Below are positions 19,627 through 27,678 of a stretch of DNA of 32,000 nucleotides, piece by piece (positions within the stretch are counted from its first letter, which is position 1; the number at the start of each line of letters is the position of its first letter). Origin of the DNA: Rhodobacter capsulatus SB 1003 (GTDB lineage Bacteria; Pseudomonadota; Alphaproteobacteria; Rhodobacterales; Rhodobacteraceae). The notes beneath the pieces are model-generated. The model saw only the letters and a program-made list of their open reading frames with translations, searched no databases and was not told the DNA's origin. The position numbers were made by a program, and so were the translations under genes. The stretch is taken from positions 3,390,001-3,422,000 of the forward strand of contig NC_014034.1 of the NCBI RefSeq assembly GCF_000021865.1, read 5' to 3'.

Positions 19627-20550
19627 TCAGGCGCGCGGATGGGCCGCCTGATAGACCTGCATGAGTCGCGCCTGATCGACGGCGGTATAGACCTGCGTGG
19701 TCGCAAGGCTGGCATGGCCCAGCAATTCCTGGATCGCGCGCAGATCGCCGCCTTCGGCCAGCAGATGCGTGGCAAAACTGTGCCTGAGCGCATGCGGGGT
19801 CGCCGTCGCGGGCAGGCCAAGGCCGAGCCGCGCCCGTTCCATCGACTTCGCCACCAGCCGCGGATTGAGCGGACCGCCGCGGGCGCCGCGGAACAGCGGC
19901 TCATAGCGCGACATCGGGAAGGGGCAGAGCCGCAGGTAATCGGCCACCGCCTTGCGCGCCGCGGGCAGAACCGGCACCAGCCGCTCCTTGTCGCCCTTGC
20001 CGCGGATGCGCAGCACCTCGGGCAGGGGCGCATCCGAGCCCTTCAGCGCCAAAGCCTCGGAGACCCGCAGCCCGCAGCCATACATCAGCGTCATCACCGC
20101 CGAATCGCGCGCCGCGATCCAGGGCTCCTGCGCCTGCACCTCGACCTGTTCCAGCACCTCGGCCGCGGCCTCGACGCTGAGCGGACGGGGCAGCTTGCGC
20201 TGATATTTCGGCGCCTTGGCCGAAAGCACATGGGTGGCGTCAAAGCCTTCGCGCGCCGCCAGCCAGCGGATGAAATTCTTCACCGCCGAAAGCGCCCGCG
20301 CCAGCGAGCGGCCCGACAGGCCGCGGTTGCGTTCATGCGCCATCCAGGCCCGCATGTCGGATTGGCCCAGCCCGGCCAGCTGCGCCAGACCAAGGCTTTC
20401 GCCGCGGTGGCGGTGGAGGAAGGCCAGGAACCCGGCCACATCGGAACTATAGGCCGTCAGCGTGTGACTGGCCGCCCCGTCGATCGCCCGCAAGTGACTG
20501 ATCCACAGGGCCATCGCCGTCCGTGCGGCGGGCGAGACCCCCACCGACAT
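19627..20550 (-). CDS. xerC: Tyrosine site-specific recombinase XerC
   Basis: Catalytic region ...HALRHSFATHLLAEGGDLRAIQELLGHASLATTQVYT, 307 aa. Its ATG at 20550 overlaps the stop of the upstream DUF484 gene (TGATG). This matches the yigA(DUF484)-xerC synteny known from E. coli. Confidence 0.88.
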   Translation of the reverse strand: MSVGVSPAARTAMALWISHLRAIDGAASHTLTAYSSDVAGFLAFLHRHRGESLGLAQLAGLGQSDMRAWMAHERNRGLSGRSLARALSAVKNFIRWLAAREGFDATHVLSAKAPKYQRKLPRPLSVEAAAEVLEQVEVQAQEPWIAARDSAVMTLMYGCGLRVSEALALKGSDAPLPEVLRIRGKGDKERLVPVLPAARKAVADYLRLCPFPMSRYEPLFRGARGGPLNPRLVAKSMERARLGLGLPATATPHALRHSFATHLLAEGGDLRAIQELLGHASLATTQVYTAVDQARLMQVYQAAHPRA

Positions 20551-21254
20551 CAGCTCAGCCAGCGCCGCATGCCGCGCTCGAACACGCCTGCGAAGAAGGC
20601 CAGCAGGTCGGTGCCCTGCGAGGGCTTGAATTGATGCGGGTCTTCGGCGCCCATCACCAGCATGCCGGGCAGACGCCCCTCGCCCAGATCGAGACGCATC
20701 AGCGCCTCGGAGCGGATCCAGCTGGCCGCTTCGCCATAGATCGCCTCGGAATGCGGCAGGGTCTGGCGCAGCACCACCGGGCGCACCTGCCCGCCACGAC
20801 CGGCGCGCATGTATTCCTGGATGAAGCCGGGCTCGGCCACGCACAGAACATCGCCCAGACGGCGCAGCGCCGGATCGCTGTCATCTTGCAGCGTTTCCAG
20901 CACCAGCTTGACGCTGTCCACCCGCAGGATCTCGGCGACTTCGGTGCCGAGGCTTTTGAGGAAGCTCTCGAAATCGACCGGATCAAGCATGCGCAGCACG
21001 GCGCGGTGGATCTGGTTCGTCCCCGAGAGATTCTCGTAGGCGGCCGCGATCACCGAACGGTGCGTGTCCTCGAGCCGGTCCAGGCGGCGTTCCAGCCGCT
21101 CCATCGCCACACCGCGCAGGTCGACGATATTGGCGCCCATGGCGCGTTCATTCGCGGTGATCAGCGCCCGCATCAGGTCGCGATCCTCAAGGATCACGTC
21201 GGGATCGGAGATGATCTTTTCGCGCAGTTCAGGTGCAAAAGCCGTGTCGGTCAT
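20550..21254 (-). CDS. DUF484 (YigA-like) protein
   Basis: MTDTAFAPELREKIISDPDVILEDRDLMRAL..., 234 aa, with a GAF-like C-terminal part. GAGAGG lies upstream of the ATG at 21254. It sits immediately upstream of xerC. Confidence 0.8.
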   Translation of the reverse strand: MTDTAFAPELREKIISDPDVILEDRDLMRALITANERAMGANIVDLRGVAMERLERRLDRLEDTHRSVIAAAYENLSGTNQIHRAVLRMLDPVDFESFLKSLGTEVAEILRVDSVKLVLETLQDDSDPALRRLGDVLCVAEPGFIQEYMRAGRGGQVRPVVLRQTLPHSEAIYGEAASWIRSEALMRLDLGEGRLPGMLVMGAEDPHQFKPSQGTDLLAFFAGVFERGMRRWLS

Positions 21255-21301
21255 GCCAGCCTCTCGTAAGCGGGTTGCACGCAAATTGACACAGATTCTG
21301 G

Positions 21302-21316
21302 TTAAATGCAGGTTAA
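21302..21316. promoter_or_regulatory. Perfect TTAA-N7-TTAA (CtrA-type) box upstream of DUF484-xerC
   Basis: TTAAatgcaggTTAA lies within three GTTAA repeats (21301, 21312, 21321) in a locally AT-rich patch, 48-62 nt upstream of the DUF484 ATG. Motif only. Confidence 0.35.
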
Positions 21317-21336
21317 ATTTGTTAACAATAATAAGA

Positions 21337-21358
21337 GGCCCGCCGAAATCGGCGGGCC
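21337..21358 (-). terminator. Rho-independent terminator of the transaldolase gene
   Basis: ggcccgccg-aaat-cggcgggcc, followed on the minus strand by TCTTATTATTGTT. Confidence 0.8.
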
Positions 21359-21379
21359 GTCGCGTCAGGAACACAGATT

Positions 21380-22033
21380 TCAGACGATCTTCTGGCCGGT
21401 TTTCGCCCAGTCTTTCAGGAACTGCTCCAGCCCCTTGTCGGTCAGCGGGTGGTTCGCCATCGCCTTGATCACCGAGGGCGGCGCGGTGATGACATCGGCG
21501 CCGATGCGGGCGACGTCGGTGATGTGGTTGACCGAGCGGATCGAGGCAGCAAGGATCTCGGTCTTGAAGCCGTAATTGTCATAGATGGTGCGGATGTCCT
21601 CGATCAGCTGCACACCATCGAGGTTGATGTCATCGAGACGACCGATAAAGGGGCTGATGAAGGTGGCGCCCGCCTTGGCCGCGAGGATCGCCTGCGCGGC
21701 CGAGAAGCACAGAGTGACGTTGACCATGTGGCCTTCGGATGCGAAAGCCTTGCAAGCCGTCAGGCCCGCCCAGGTCAGCGGCACCTTGATGGCGATGTTG
21801 GAGGCGATCTTGGCCAGTTTCAGCCCTTCGGCGATCATGTCGGCCGCTTCGGTCGCCACCACCTCGGCCGAGACCGGGCCCGAGACCATGTCGCAGATTT
21901 CCTTCGTCACCTCGAGGATGTCGCGGCCCGATTTCAGGATCAGCGACGGGTTGGTGGTGACACCATCGACCATGCCGAGATCGTTCAGCTCCTTGATGGC
22001 TGCCACATCGGCGGTATCGACGAAGAATTTCAT
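21380..22033 (-). CDS. tal: Short transaldolase-family protein (TalC/Fsa type, 217 aa)
   Basis: [31 protein letters not shown]... with the conserved Lys region (IAIKVPLT). AGGAGG lies upstream of the ATG. Confidence 0.92.
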   Translation of the reverse strand: MKFFVDTADVAAIKELNDLGMVDGVTTNPSLILKSGRDILEVTKEICDMVSGPVSAEVVATEAADMIAEGLKLAKIASNIAIKVPLTWAGLTACKAFASEGHMVNVTLCFSAAQAILAAKAGATFISPFIGRLDDINLDGVQLIEDIRTIYDNYGFKTEILAASIRSVNHITDVARIGADVITAPPSVIKAMANHPLTDKGLEQFLKDWAKTGQKIV

Positions 22034-22154
22034 GAAGGGCCTCCTGCGCTCTGTCTGGCCGCGATTTAGCGCAAACAGCCGGAAATGGCGAGAGCGGAAT
22101 CGGGCGCAAGGGGGGGCTTGCCGCCCCCCTCGGCCTGACGGCCTCTCCCCCCGC

Positions 22155-22206
22155 GCGTATTTCGGCCAAGAAGAAACCCCGCCGTTTCTTCTTGGTGCAA
22201 ATACGC
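22155..22206. repeat. Palindromic intergenic repeat element, copy B (two inverted arms)
   Basis: Arms gcgtatttcggccaagaagaaac (22155-22177) and gtttcttcttggtgcaaatacgc (22184-22206) with loop cccgcc. The GC hairpin ggggggc-ttgcc-gcccccc (22111-22129) lies upstream. Confidence 0.85.
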
Positions 22207-22239
22207 CCGCCGGAGGCGTTGCCGGGCGCGGGGCCGGGC

Positions 22240-24423
22240 ATGTCTGAGCCGGGCTTCTTTCCCGAAGGCGCCCGCGTCTCGGTCCTGACCGCCGAGCCGA
22301 TCGGCAAGCCTCTGGATTACCTTGCGCCCGAGGGCGGTTGTTTTCCCGGCGCCTTCGTCGAGGTGCCTCTGGGGCCGCGCCGGGTCGTCGGCGTCATCTG
22401 GGGCGCGGGCGACGGCCGGTTCGAGGCGGGCAAGCTGCGGCCGGTTTCGCGGGTGCTGGACGTGCCGCCGATGCGGACGGAGCTGCAGGAGTTCCTGATC
22501 CGCATGGGCAGCTACACGATGACCTCCTTGCCCGCGGTGCTGCGGCTGGCCACGCGCACGCCGGGGCTCTTTGACCCACCCGGCGCGCGGCGGATCTATC
22601 GGCTGGGGGCCACCGCGCCGGGCAAGCTGACCGAGGCGCGGGAAAAGGTTCTGGCCGTGCTGCGCGATCACGGCGGCGCGGGGTTTTATCTGACGGAACT
22701 CGCGCAGCTTGCGGGCGTCACGCCGCAGGTGGTGAAGGGGCTGGTGAAGCTCGGCGCGATTGAGGAGACAGAACAGCCGCGGGATCTGCCCTTGGCCCGG
22801 CTCGATTTCACCCTGCCGGGCAAGGTTCTGTCCGAAGATCAGGCGACGGCGGCCGCCGCGCTGAAGGGCGAGGGTTTCGGGGTGACGCTTTTGAAAGGCG
22901 TGACCGGCTCGGGCAAGACGGAAGTGTATCTCGAGGCCGTGGCGGACTGTCTGCGCCGCGGGCGGCAGGCTTTGGTGCTGCTGCCGGAAATCGCCCTGAC
23001 CTCGGAATTCCTGTCCCGGGTCGAGGCCCGCTTCGGCGCCCGTCCCGGCGAGTGGCATTCCGGCGTCACCCAATCCGAGCGGCGCAGGCTCTGGCGGATG
23101 GTGGCGACGGGGGGCGCACAGATGGTCGTCGGCGCGCGTTCGGCGCTGTTCCTGCCGTTTCAGGACCTTGGGCTGATCGTCGTCGACGAGGAACACGACA
23201 CCTCCTACAAGCAGGAGGAAGGCGCGCTTTACAACGCCCGCGACATGGCCGTGCTGCGCGCCTCGCTTGCCGGATCGCAGGTGGTGCTGGCCTCGGCCAC
23301 GCCCAGCCTTGAAAGCTGGGTCAATGCGGCTTCGGGGAAATACCGCCGCATCGATCTGGCCGCGCGCTTCGGCGCCTCGGAACTGCCCGAGATGCGCACC
23401 ATCGACATGCGCGAGGAACGCATTGAATCGGTGCACTGGATCTCGCCCAGCCTCGTCGGCGCGGTGCAGGCGACACTCTCGCGCGGGGAACAGGCGATGC
23501 TGTTCCTGAACCGGCGCGGCTATGCCCCGGTCACGCTCTGCCGCGCCTGCGGGCAGCAGATCGGCTGCGATCATTGCGACGCGCGGATGGTCGAGCATCG
23601 GTTCCTCAAGCGCCTTGTCTGCCATCAATGCGGCGAGACGAAACCCATTCCCACCGCCTGCCCCGCCTGCGGCGTCGAGGGCAAGCTGGCCCCCGTCGGC
23701 CCCGGGGTCGAGCGGCTGGCCGAGGAGGTGGCGGAACGCTTTCCCACGGCGCGCGTCGCCGTGCTGTCCTCGGACCTTTTCGGCTCGGCCCGGGCGCTGA
23801 AGGAGGCGGTGGAAAACATCGCGCAAGGCGGCGCCGACATCCTCATCGGCACGCAGATCGTCGCCAAGGGGCACAATTTCCCGCTGCTGACGCTGGTCGG
23901 CGTGATCGACGCCGATCTGGGCCTGCAGGGCTCCGACCTGCGGGCGGCGGAGCGCACCTTTCAACTGATGCGGCAGGTGGCGGGCCGGGCGGGGCGGGCG
24001 GAAAAACCCGGGCTGGCGCTTTTGCAGACCTATCAGCCCGAACATCCGGTGATCCGCGCCATTCTTGGCGGTGACGAGGAGGCGTTCTGGAAGGCCGAGG
24101 CCGAGGGGCGCCGGGCGGCGAACGTGCCGCCCTTTGGCCGGATGGCGGGGATCATCCTCTCGGGTGCCGAGATCGAGCCGCTTTTCGCCTATGGCAATGC
24201 GCTGGCGCAGCATGACGGGCCCTTGCGCCGCATCGGCGCGCAGCTTTACGGCCCCGCCCCCGCCCCCATCGCCCGGATCCGCGGCCGCCACCGGGTCCGG
24301 CTTCTGATCCGCGCCGACAAGACCGCGCCGCTGCAACAGGCGATCCGGGCCTGGCTGCGCGGGGTGAAACAGCCCAATTCCGTCCGCCTGGCCATCGACA
24401 TCGACCCGCAAAGCTTCCTGTAG
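22240..24423 (+). CDS. priA: Primosomal replication-restart helicase PriA
   Basis: Walker [16 protein letters not shown] box VVDEEHD and a Cys-rich Zn region ([17 protein letters not shown]...CHQCG...CPACG). ATG 22240 ([10 protein letters not shown]) is preferred because the listed GTG 22192 lies inside repeat element B. Confidence 0.95.
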   Translation: MSEPGFFPEGARVSVLTAEPIGKPLDYLAPEGGCFPGAFVEVPLGPRRVVGVIWGAGDGRFEAGKLRPVSRVLDVPPMRTELQEFLIRMGSYTMTSLPAVLRLATRTPGLFDPPGARRIYRLGATAPGKLTEAREKVLAVLRDHGGAGFYLTELAQLAGVTPQVVKGLVKLGAIEETEQPRDLPLARLDFTLPGKVLSEDQATAAAALKGEGFGVTLLKGVTGSGKTEVYLEAVADCLRRGRQALVLLPEIALTSEFLSRVEARFGARPGEWHSGVTQSERRRLWRMVATGGAQMVVGARSALFLPFQDLGLIVVDEEHDTSYKQEEGALYNARDMAVLRASLAGSQVVLASATPSLESWVNAASGKYRRIDLAARFGASELPEMRTIDMREERIESVHWISPSLVGAVQATLSRGEQAMLFLNRRGYAPVTLCRACGQQIGCDHCDARMVEHRFLKRLVCHQCGETKPIPTACPACGVEGKLAPVGPGVERLAEEVAERFPTARVAVLSSDLFGSARALKEAVENIAQGGADILIGTQIVAKGHNFPLLTLVGVIDADLGLQGSDLRAAERTFQLMRQVAGRAGRAEKPGLALLQTYQPEHPVIRAILGGDEEAFWKAEAEGRRAANVPPFGRMAGIILSGAEIEPLFAYGNALAQHDGPLRRIGAQLYGPAPAPIARIRGRHRVRLLIRADKTAPLQQAIRAWLRGVKQPNSVRLAIDIDPQSFL

Positions 24424-24487
24424 CCTTGTTTCGATTGACCCCCCGCCCCTTTCGCGCCATTGGGGGCAAAACCAACGGAGCCCGCCC

Positions 24488-25357
24488 ATGACCACCTTTA
24501 CCGCCTTTGCCGTCCTGCCCGAGCGCGACCTTGCCGAGGATCTGGCCGAGCGGCTGGAAGATCTGGACCCCGGCCCCTATGGTGTCGGCGTCTTCGAGAT
24601 CGAGGATGGCTCGGGCAATTACGAGGTCGGCGCCTATTTTCTGGACCGGCCCGATGACATCGTGCTCGATCTGCTTGCCGCGGCCTATGGGGCGACGGGC
24701 TTCGTGATTTCGGAACTGCCGGAAACCGACTGGGTGGCGCATGTGAAACGCGAACTGGCCCCGGTCGTGGCCGGGCGCTTCTTCGTGCATGGCAGCCATG
24801 ATGCCGACAAGGTCCCCGAAGGGGCGATCCCGCTGGTGATCGACGCGGCCATGGCTTTCGGCACCGGCCATCACGGCACCACGCTCGGCTGTCTGACCGC
24901 GCTCGACCGGCTGGCGGCCGAGGGGGTCCACCCGCGCAACAGTGTCGACATCGGCTGCGGCACCGCCGTTCTGGCGATGGCCGCCGCGAAACTCTGGCCC
25001 GAGACGGTGCTGGCCTCGGACATCGACCCCGTCGCGGTCGAGACCGCCGCGGCGAATGTCACCGGCAATGATCTGGCGGGCCGGGTGATCTGTCTGCAGG
25101 CGGCCGGCTTCGCCCATCCCGATCTGCAGGCCGCCGCGCCCTTCGACCTGATCTTTGCCAATATCCTGAAAGGCCCGTTGATCGCGCTGGCCCCCGACAT
25201 GGGGCGGTTCTGTGCCGAATCGGGCCTTGTCATCCTCTCCGGGATCCTGATCGACCAGGGCGACGAGGTGATCGCGGCCTATCAGGCGCAGGGCTTCCGT
25301 CTTGTTTCGCGCGACAATCACGGCGATTGGACGACATTGGTTCTCTCCCGGACCTGA
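24488..25357 (+). CDS. prmA: Ribosomal protein L11 methyltransferase
   Basis: PrmA fold with AFGTGHHGTTLGCL and the SAM motif VDIGCGTAVLAMAA. GGAG lies upstream. Confidence 0.9.
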   Translation: MTTFTAFAVLPERDLAEDLAERLEDLDPGPYGVGVFEIEDGSGNYEVGAYFLDRPDDIVLDLLAAAYGATGFVISELPETDWVAHVKRELAPVVAGRFFVHGSHDADKVPEGAIPLVIDAAMAFGTGHHGTTLGCLTALDRLAAEGVHPRNSVDIGCGTAVLAMAAAKLWPETVLASDIDPVAVETAAANVTGNDLAGRVICLQAAGFAHPDLQAAAPFDLIFANILKGPLIALAPDMGRFCAESGLVILSGILIDQGDEVIAAYQAQGFRLVSRDNHGDWTTLVLSRT

Positions 25358-25455
25358 TTTCGGCAAAGCCATCTCGCCGGATCGGCGAAATTCGGGCATA
25401 GTTTTAATCAGTCGTTAGGCATGTTGCCTGCGACCGGTTTTGAGTGGAGCCCGTC

Positions 25456-25803
25456 ATGCGTCGTTCGATCAATGCGGATTTCGAGGACCGCCTTGCGCGG
25501 ATCGACCGGATTCACGCGGCTGGCGGCGCCTTCGAGGCCTCGGGGGCGCTTGGCCGCGCCTATTTCGACAGCCACCGTCCGAAAGAGCGCCGGCGCTTTC
25601 CCTGGCGGGCCGTGGCGATGCTGCTTTTGGGGATGCTGCTGTTCAAGGGCGCGATCCTGGCGCAGGTCGGGCCGGAAACCTATGCCCGCCGGGTCGAGGT
25701 CCTGCGGCAGGGCTCGGCGCTGGAACAGGCGGGGGCCTGGGTGCTGCAGGCCGATGCGCCGACGCGGTTCATCGCCAACCAGCTGCGCGCGCTGCTGTTC
25801 TGA
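25456..25803 (+). CDS. Hypothetical small single-pass membrane protein (115 aa)
   Basis: High-GC3 codon usage. GGAG sits 6 nt before the ATG at 25456. One TM segment (WRAVAMLLLGMLLFKGAIL). I recognise no family. Confidence 0.65.
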   Translation: MRRSINADFEDRLARIDRIHAAGGAFEASGALGRAYFDSHRPKERRRFPWRAVAMLLLGMLLFKGAILAQVGPETYARRVEVLRQGSALEQAGAWVLQADAPTRFIANQLRALLF

Positions 25804-25824
25804 CCGCGATTTCGGCATGAAAAA

Positions 25825-25846
25825 GCCGCGCAGGGCGCTGCGCGGC
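25825..25846. terminator. Bidirectional terminator shared by the two convergent small genes
   Basis: gccgcgcag-ggcg-ctgcgcggc, flanked by aaaaa (a T-run on the minus strand) and cttt (plus strand). Confidence 0.7.
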
Positions 25847-25866
25847 CTTTGGTCATTCCCGCGGCT

Positions 25867-26055
25867 TCAGCGGCCGATGCCGTCGATATCGTAGCGCGTC
25901 AGGCCGATATCATTCAGTTCCCGGTCGCTCAGCCGCGCAAGCGCCCGCCGCGTCAGCCGGGCGTCGTTCCACAGCGTCATCGCGTCGATCAGGCGTGCAA
26001 ACATCCCGGCCCGGCCGTGGCGGGCGGAAAGGGCGAGGGTGTCGAGGGCGGACAT
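25867..26055 (-). CDS. DUF1127 domain small protein (62 aa)
   Basis: The C-terminal signature RRALARLSDRELNDIGLTRYDI is typical of DUF1127. AAAGGA lies upstream of the ATG. Confidence 0.85.
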   Translation of the reverse strand: MSALDTLALSARHGRAGMFARLIDAMTLWNDARLTRRALARLSDRELNDIGLTRYDIDGIGR

Positions 26056-26158
26056 GATGCGGTTCCTTTATATTCTGCCGTTTTGTTGGGCGTCTCTTTG
26101 TTGATTGGGCAGTTAATCAAGGCAGCTTGCGAAAACAAGCGCCCCCCCGGGCAGCCCC

Positions 26159-26183
26159 GCCATGCAGTATTTGCATGGCTTTT
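26159..26183 (+). terminator. Orphan terminator-like hairpin in the DUF1127-ruvC spacer
   Basis: gccatgca-gtatt-tgcatggc (8-bp stem) followed by TTTT. No plus-strand gene lies upstream, so it may instead be a protein-binding palindrome or a leader structure. Confidence 0.3.
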
Positions 26184-26339
26184 CGGATGGTTAACGGCTT
26201 CGTGCGCGGCCCCGGCATTTTGCTGCCCCGTGTCGTCATTTTGCTGGCGCATTCGGCTGCGAAGCGTCGCTTTGCGTCGATTGCCGACAGTTTCGCCGCC
26301 CGCCCCCCTGTCGGCCGGACCTGCTTTGCGCTTTCCGAT

Positions 26340-26354
26340 GTTCTGCTTTTGTGC
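26340..26354 (+). promoter_or_regulatory. SOS-box-like motif GTTC-N7-GTGC upstream of ruvC
   Basis: GTTCtgcttttGTGC is one mismatch from the alphaproteobacterial LexA direct repeat GTTC-N7-GTTC. It lies 40 nt upstream of the ruvC ATG. Confidence 0.3.
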
Positions 26355-26393
26355 TAGATGCGGAAAAAATGCCACAGGCAAAAGGGCAGTCAC

Positions 26394-26945
26394 ATGCGGG
26401 TGATCGGGATCGATCCGGGGTTACGCAACCTCGGCTGGGGGGTGATCGAGGTCGATGGCGCCCGTCTGCGGCACATCGCGAATGGAATCATCCATTCCGA
26501 GGGGACCGATCTGGCCAAGCGCCTTGTGGTGCTGCATGCGGGCCTGACCGCGGTGATCGCGACGCATCGCCCCGAAGCCGCGGCGGTGGAACAGACCTTC
26601 GTCAACAAGGATGCGGTGGCGACCTTGAAGCTGGGTCAGGCGCGGGGGATTGCGCTTCTGGTGCCCGCGCAGGCCGGGCTCGAGATCGGGGAATATGCGC
26701 CCAATGCGGTGAAAAAGGCGGTCGTCGGCGTCGGTCATGCCGACAAGGGACAGGTGCAGCACATGGTCCGCCACCAGCTGCCGGGCGTCGTCTTTGACGG
26801 GCCCGATGCGGCGGATGCGCTGGCGATTGCGATCTGTCACGCCCATCATCTGCAATCGGCCCGCCGCGCCTCGGCGGCGATGCTGGGCCGCGGCGCGCTT
26901 GAAATCACCGCGGGGCAGGCCCGGATCCGGAGGGCGGGGGCATGA
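26394..26945 (+). CDS. ruvC: Holliday junction resolvase RuvC
   Basis: [18 protein letters not shown]... carries the catalytic Asp motif. AAAGGG lies 8 nt upstream. The stop overlaps the ruvA ATG (ATGA). The listed start at 26358 adds 12 atypical residues. Confidence 0.92.
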   Translation: MRVIGIDPGLRNLGWGVIEVDGARLRHIANGIIHSEGTDLAKRLVVLHAGLTAVIATHRPEAAAVEQTFVNKDAVATLKLGQARGIALLVPAQAGLEIGEYAPNAVKKAVVGVGHADKGQVQHMVRHQLPGVVFDGPDAADALAIAICHAHHLQSARRASAAMLGRGALEITAGQARIRRAGA

Positions 26946-27610
26946 TCGGACGCATCGCCGGGGTGATCTTGCACCGCGCCATGGACCATGTGCTGATCGA
27001 CGTGCGCGGGGTGGGCTACATCGTCCATGTTTCCTCCCGCACCGCCGCGAACCTGCCCCCGGTGGGCGAGGCCTGCGCGCTATATACCGAGCTTCTGGTG
27101 CGCGAGGACCTGTTGCAGCTTTTCGGCTTCCCGACGCTGATCGAAAAGGAATGGCACCGGCTGCTGACCTCGGTGCAGGGGATCGGCGCCAAGGCTTCGC
27201 TGGCGATCCTTGGCACGCTGGGCCCCGAGGGCGTCAGCCGGGCCCTGGCCTTGGGCGACTGGAACGCGATCAAGGCCGCCCCCGGCGTCGGCCCGAAACT
27301 GGCGCAGCGCGTGGTGATGGAACTCAAGGACAAGGCGCCGACGGTGATGGCGATGGGCGGCACGCTGACCGTCGACACCGCCCCCTCGGACGCGCTGATC
27401 GAGACCGCGCCGAAACCGGTCAAACGCCCCGCCCCCGCCGCCACAAGGCAGGTGAACTTCACCGCCGAGGCGCTGAGCGCCCTGACCAACCTCGGTTATT
27501 CCCCCTCGGACGCCGCCACCGCCGTCGCCCGGGCCAGCGAGAACCCCGAGGCCACCGATACCGCAAAACTGATCCGCACCGCCCTGCGCCTCCTCGCCCC
27601 AAAGGACTAG
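26942..27610 (+). CDS. ruvA: Holliday junction branch-migration complex subunit RuvA
   Basis: MIGRIAGVI...[10 protein letters not shown] domain, HhH motifs ([26 protein letters not shown]) and a C-terminal domain III. Confidence 0.94.
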   Translation: MIGRIAGVILHRAMDHVLIDVRGVGYIVHVSSRTAANLPPVGEACALYTELLVREDLLQLFGFPTLIEKEWHRLLTSVQGIGAKASLAILGTLGPEGVSRALALGDWNAIKAAPGVGPKLAQRVVMELKDKAPTVMAMGGTLTVDTAPSDALIETAPKPVKRPAPAATRQVNFTAEALSALTNLGYSPSDAATAVARASENPEATDTAKLIRTALRLLAPKD

Positions 27611-27611
27611 C

Positions 27612-27658
27612 CTTTTCATCTTGCCTTAAATATCCCGGGGTGCGGGGCAGAGCCCCGC
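27612..27658. repeat. Single arm of the intergenic repeat (copy C) plus GC hairpin, inside the ruvA-ruvB junction
   Basis: cttttcatcttgccttaaatatcccgggg (27612-27640) matches the right arm of copy A. It is followed by gcggggc-aga-gccccgc (27642-27658). Confidence 0.8.
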
Positions 27659-27678
27659 TCCGACGCTGAAAGCCAAGC

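Noticed and set aside
19627-20550. Tyrosine recombinase as a possible integrase marking a genomic island.
   Set aside because: It has XerC size and motifs and the conserved DUF484(yigA)-xerC synteny. There is no adjacent tRNA, no direct repeats, no phage or conjugation genes, and no compositional shift.
26127-26357. 76-aa ORF in the DUF1127-ruvC spacer (MRKQAPPRAAPP...).
   Set aside because: By eye its third-position GC is clearly lower than in neighbouring genes. It has no RBS and no recognisable family, and it runs through hairpins and direct repeats. I treat the region as non-coding and regulatory, although a small membrane peptide (GILLPRVVILLAHSA) cannot be formally excluded.
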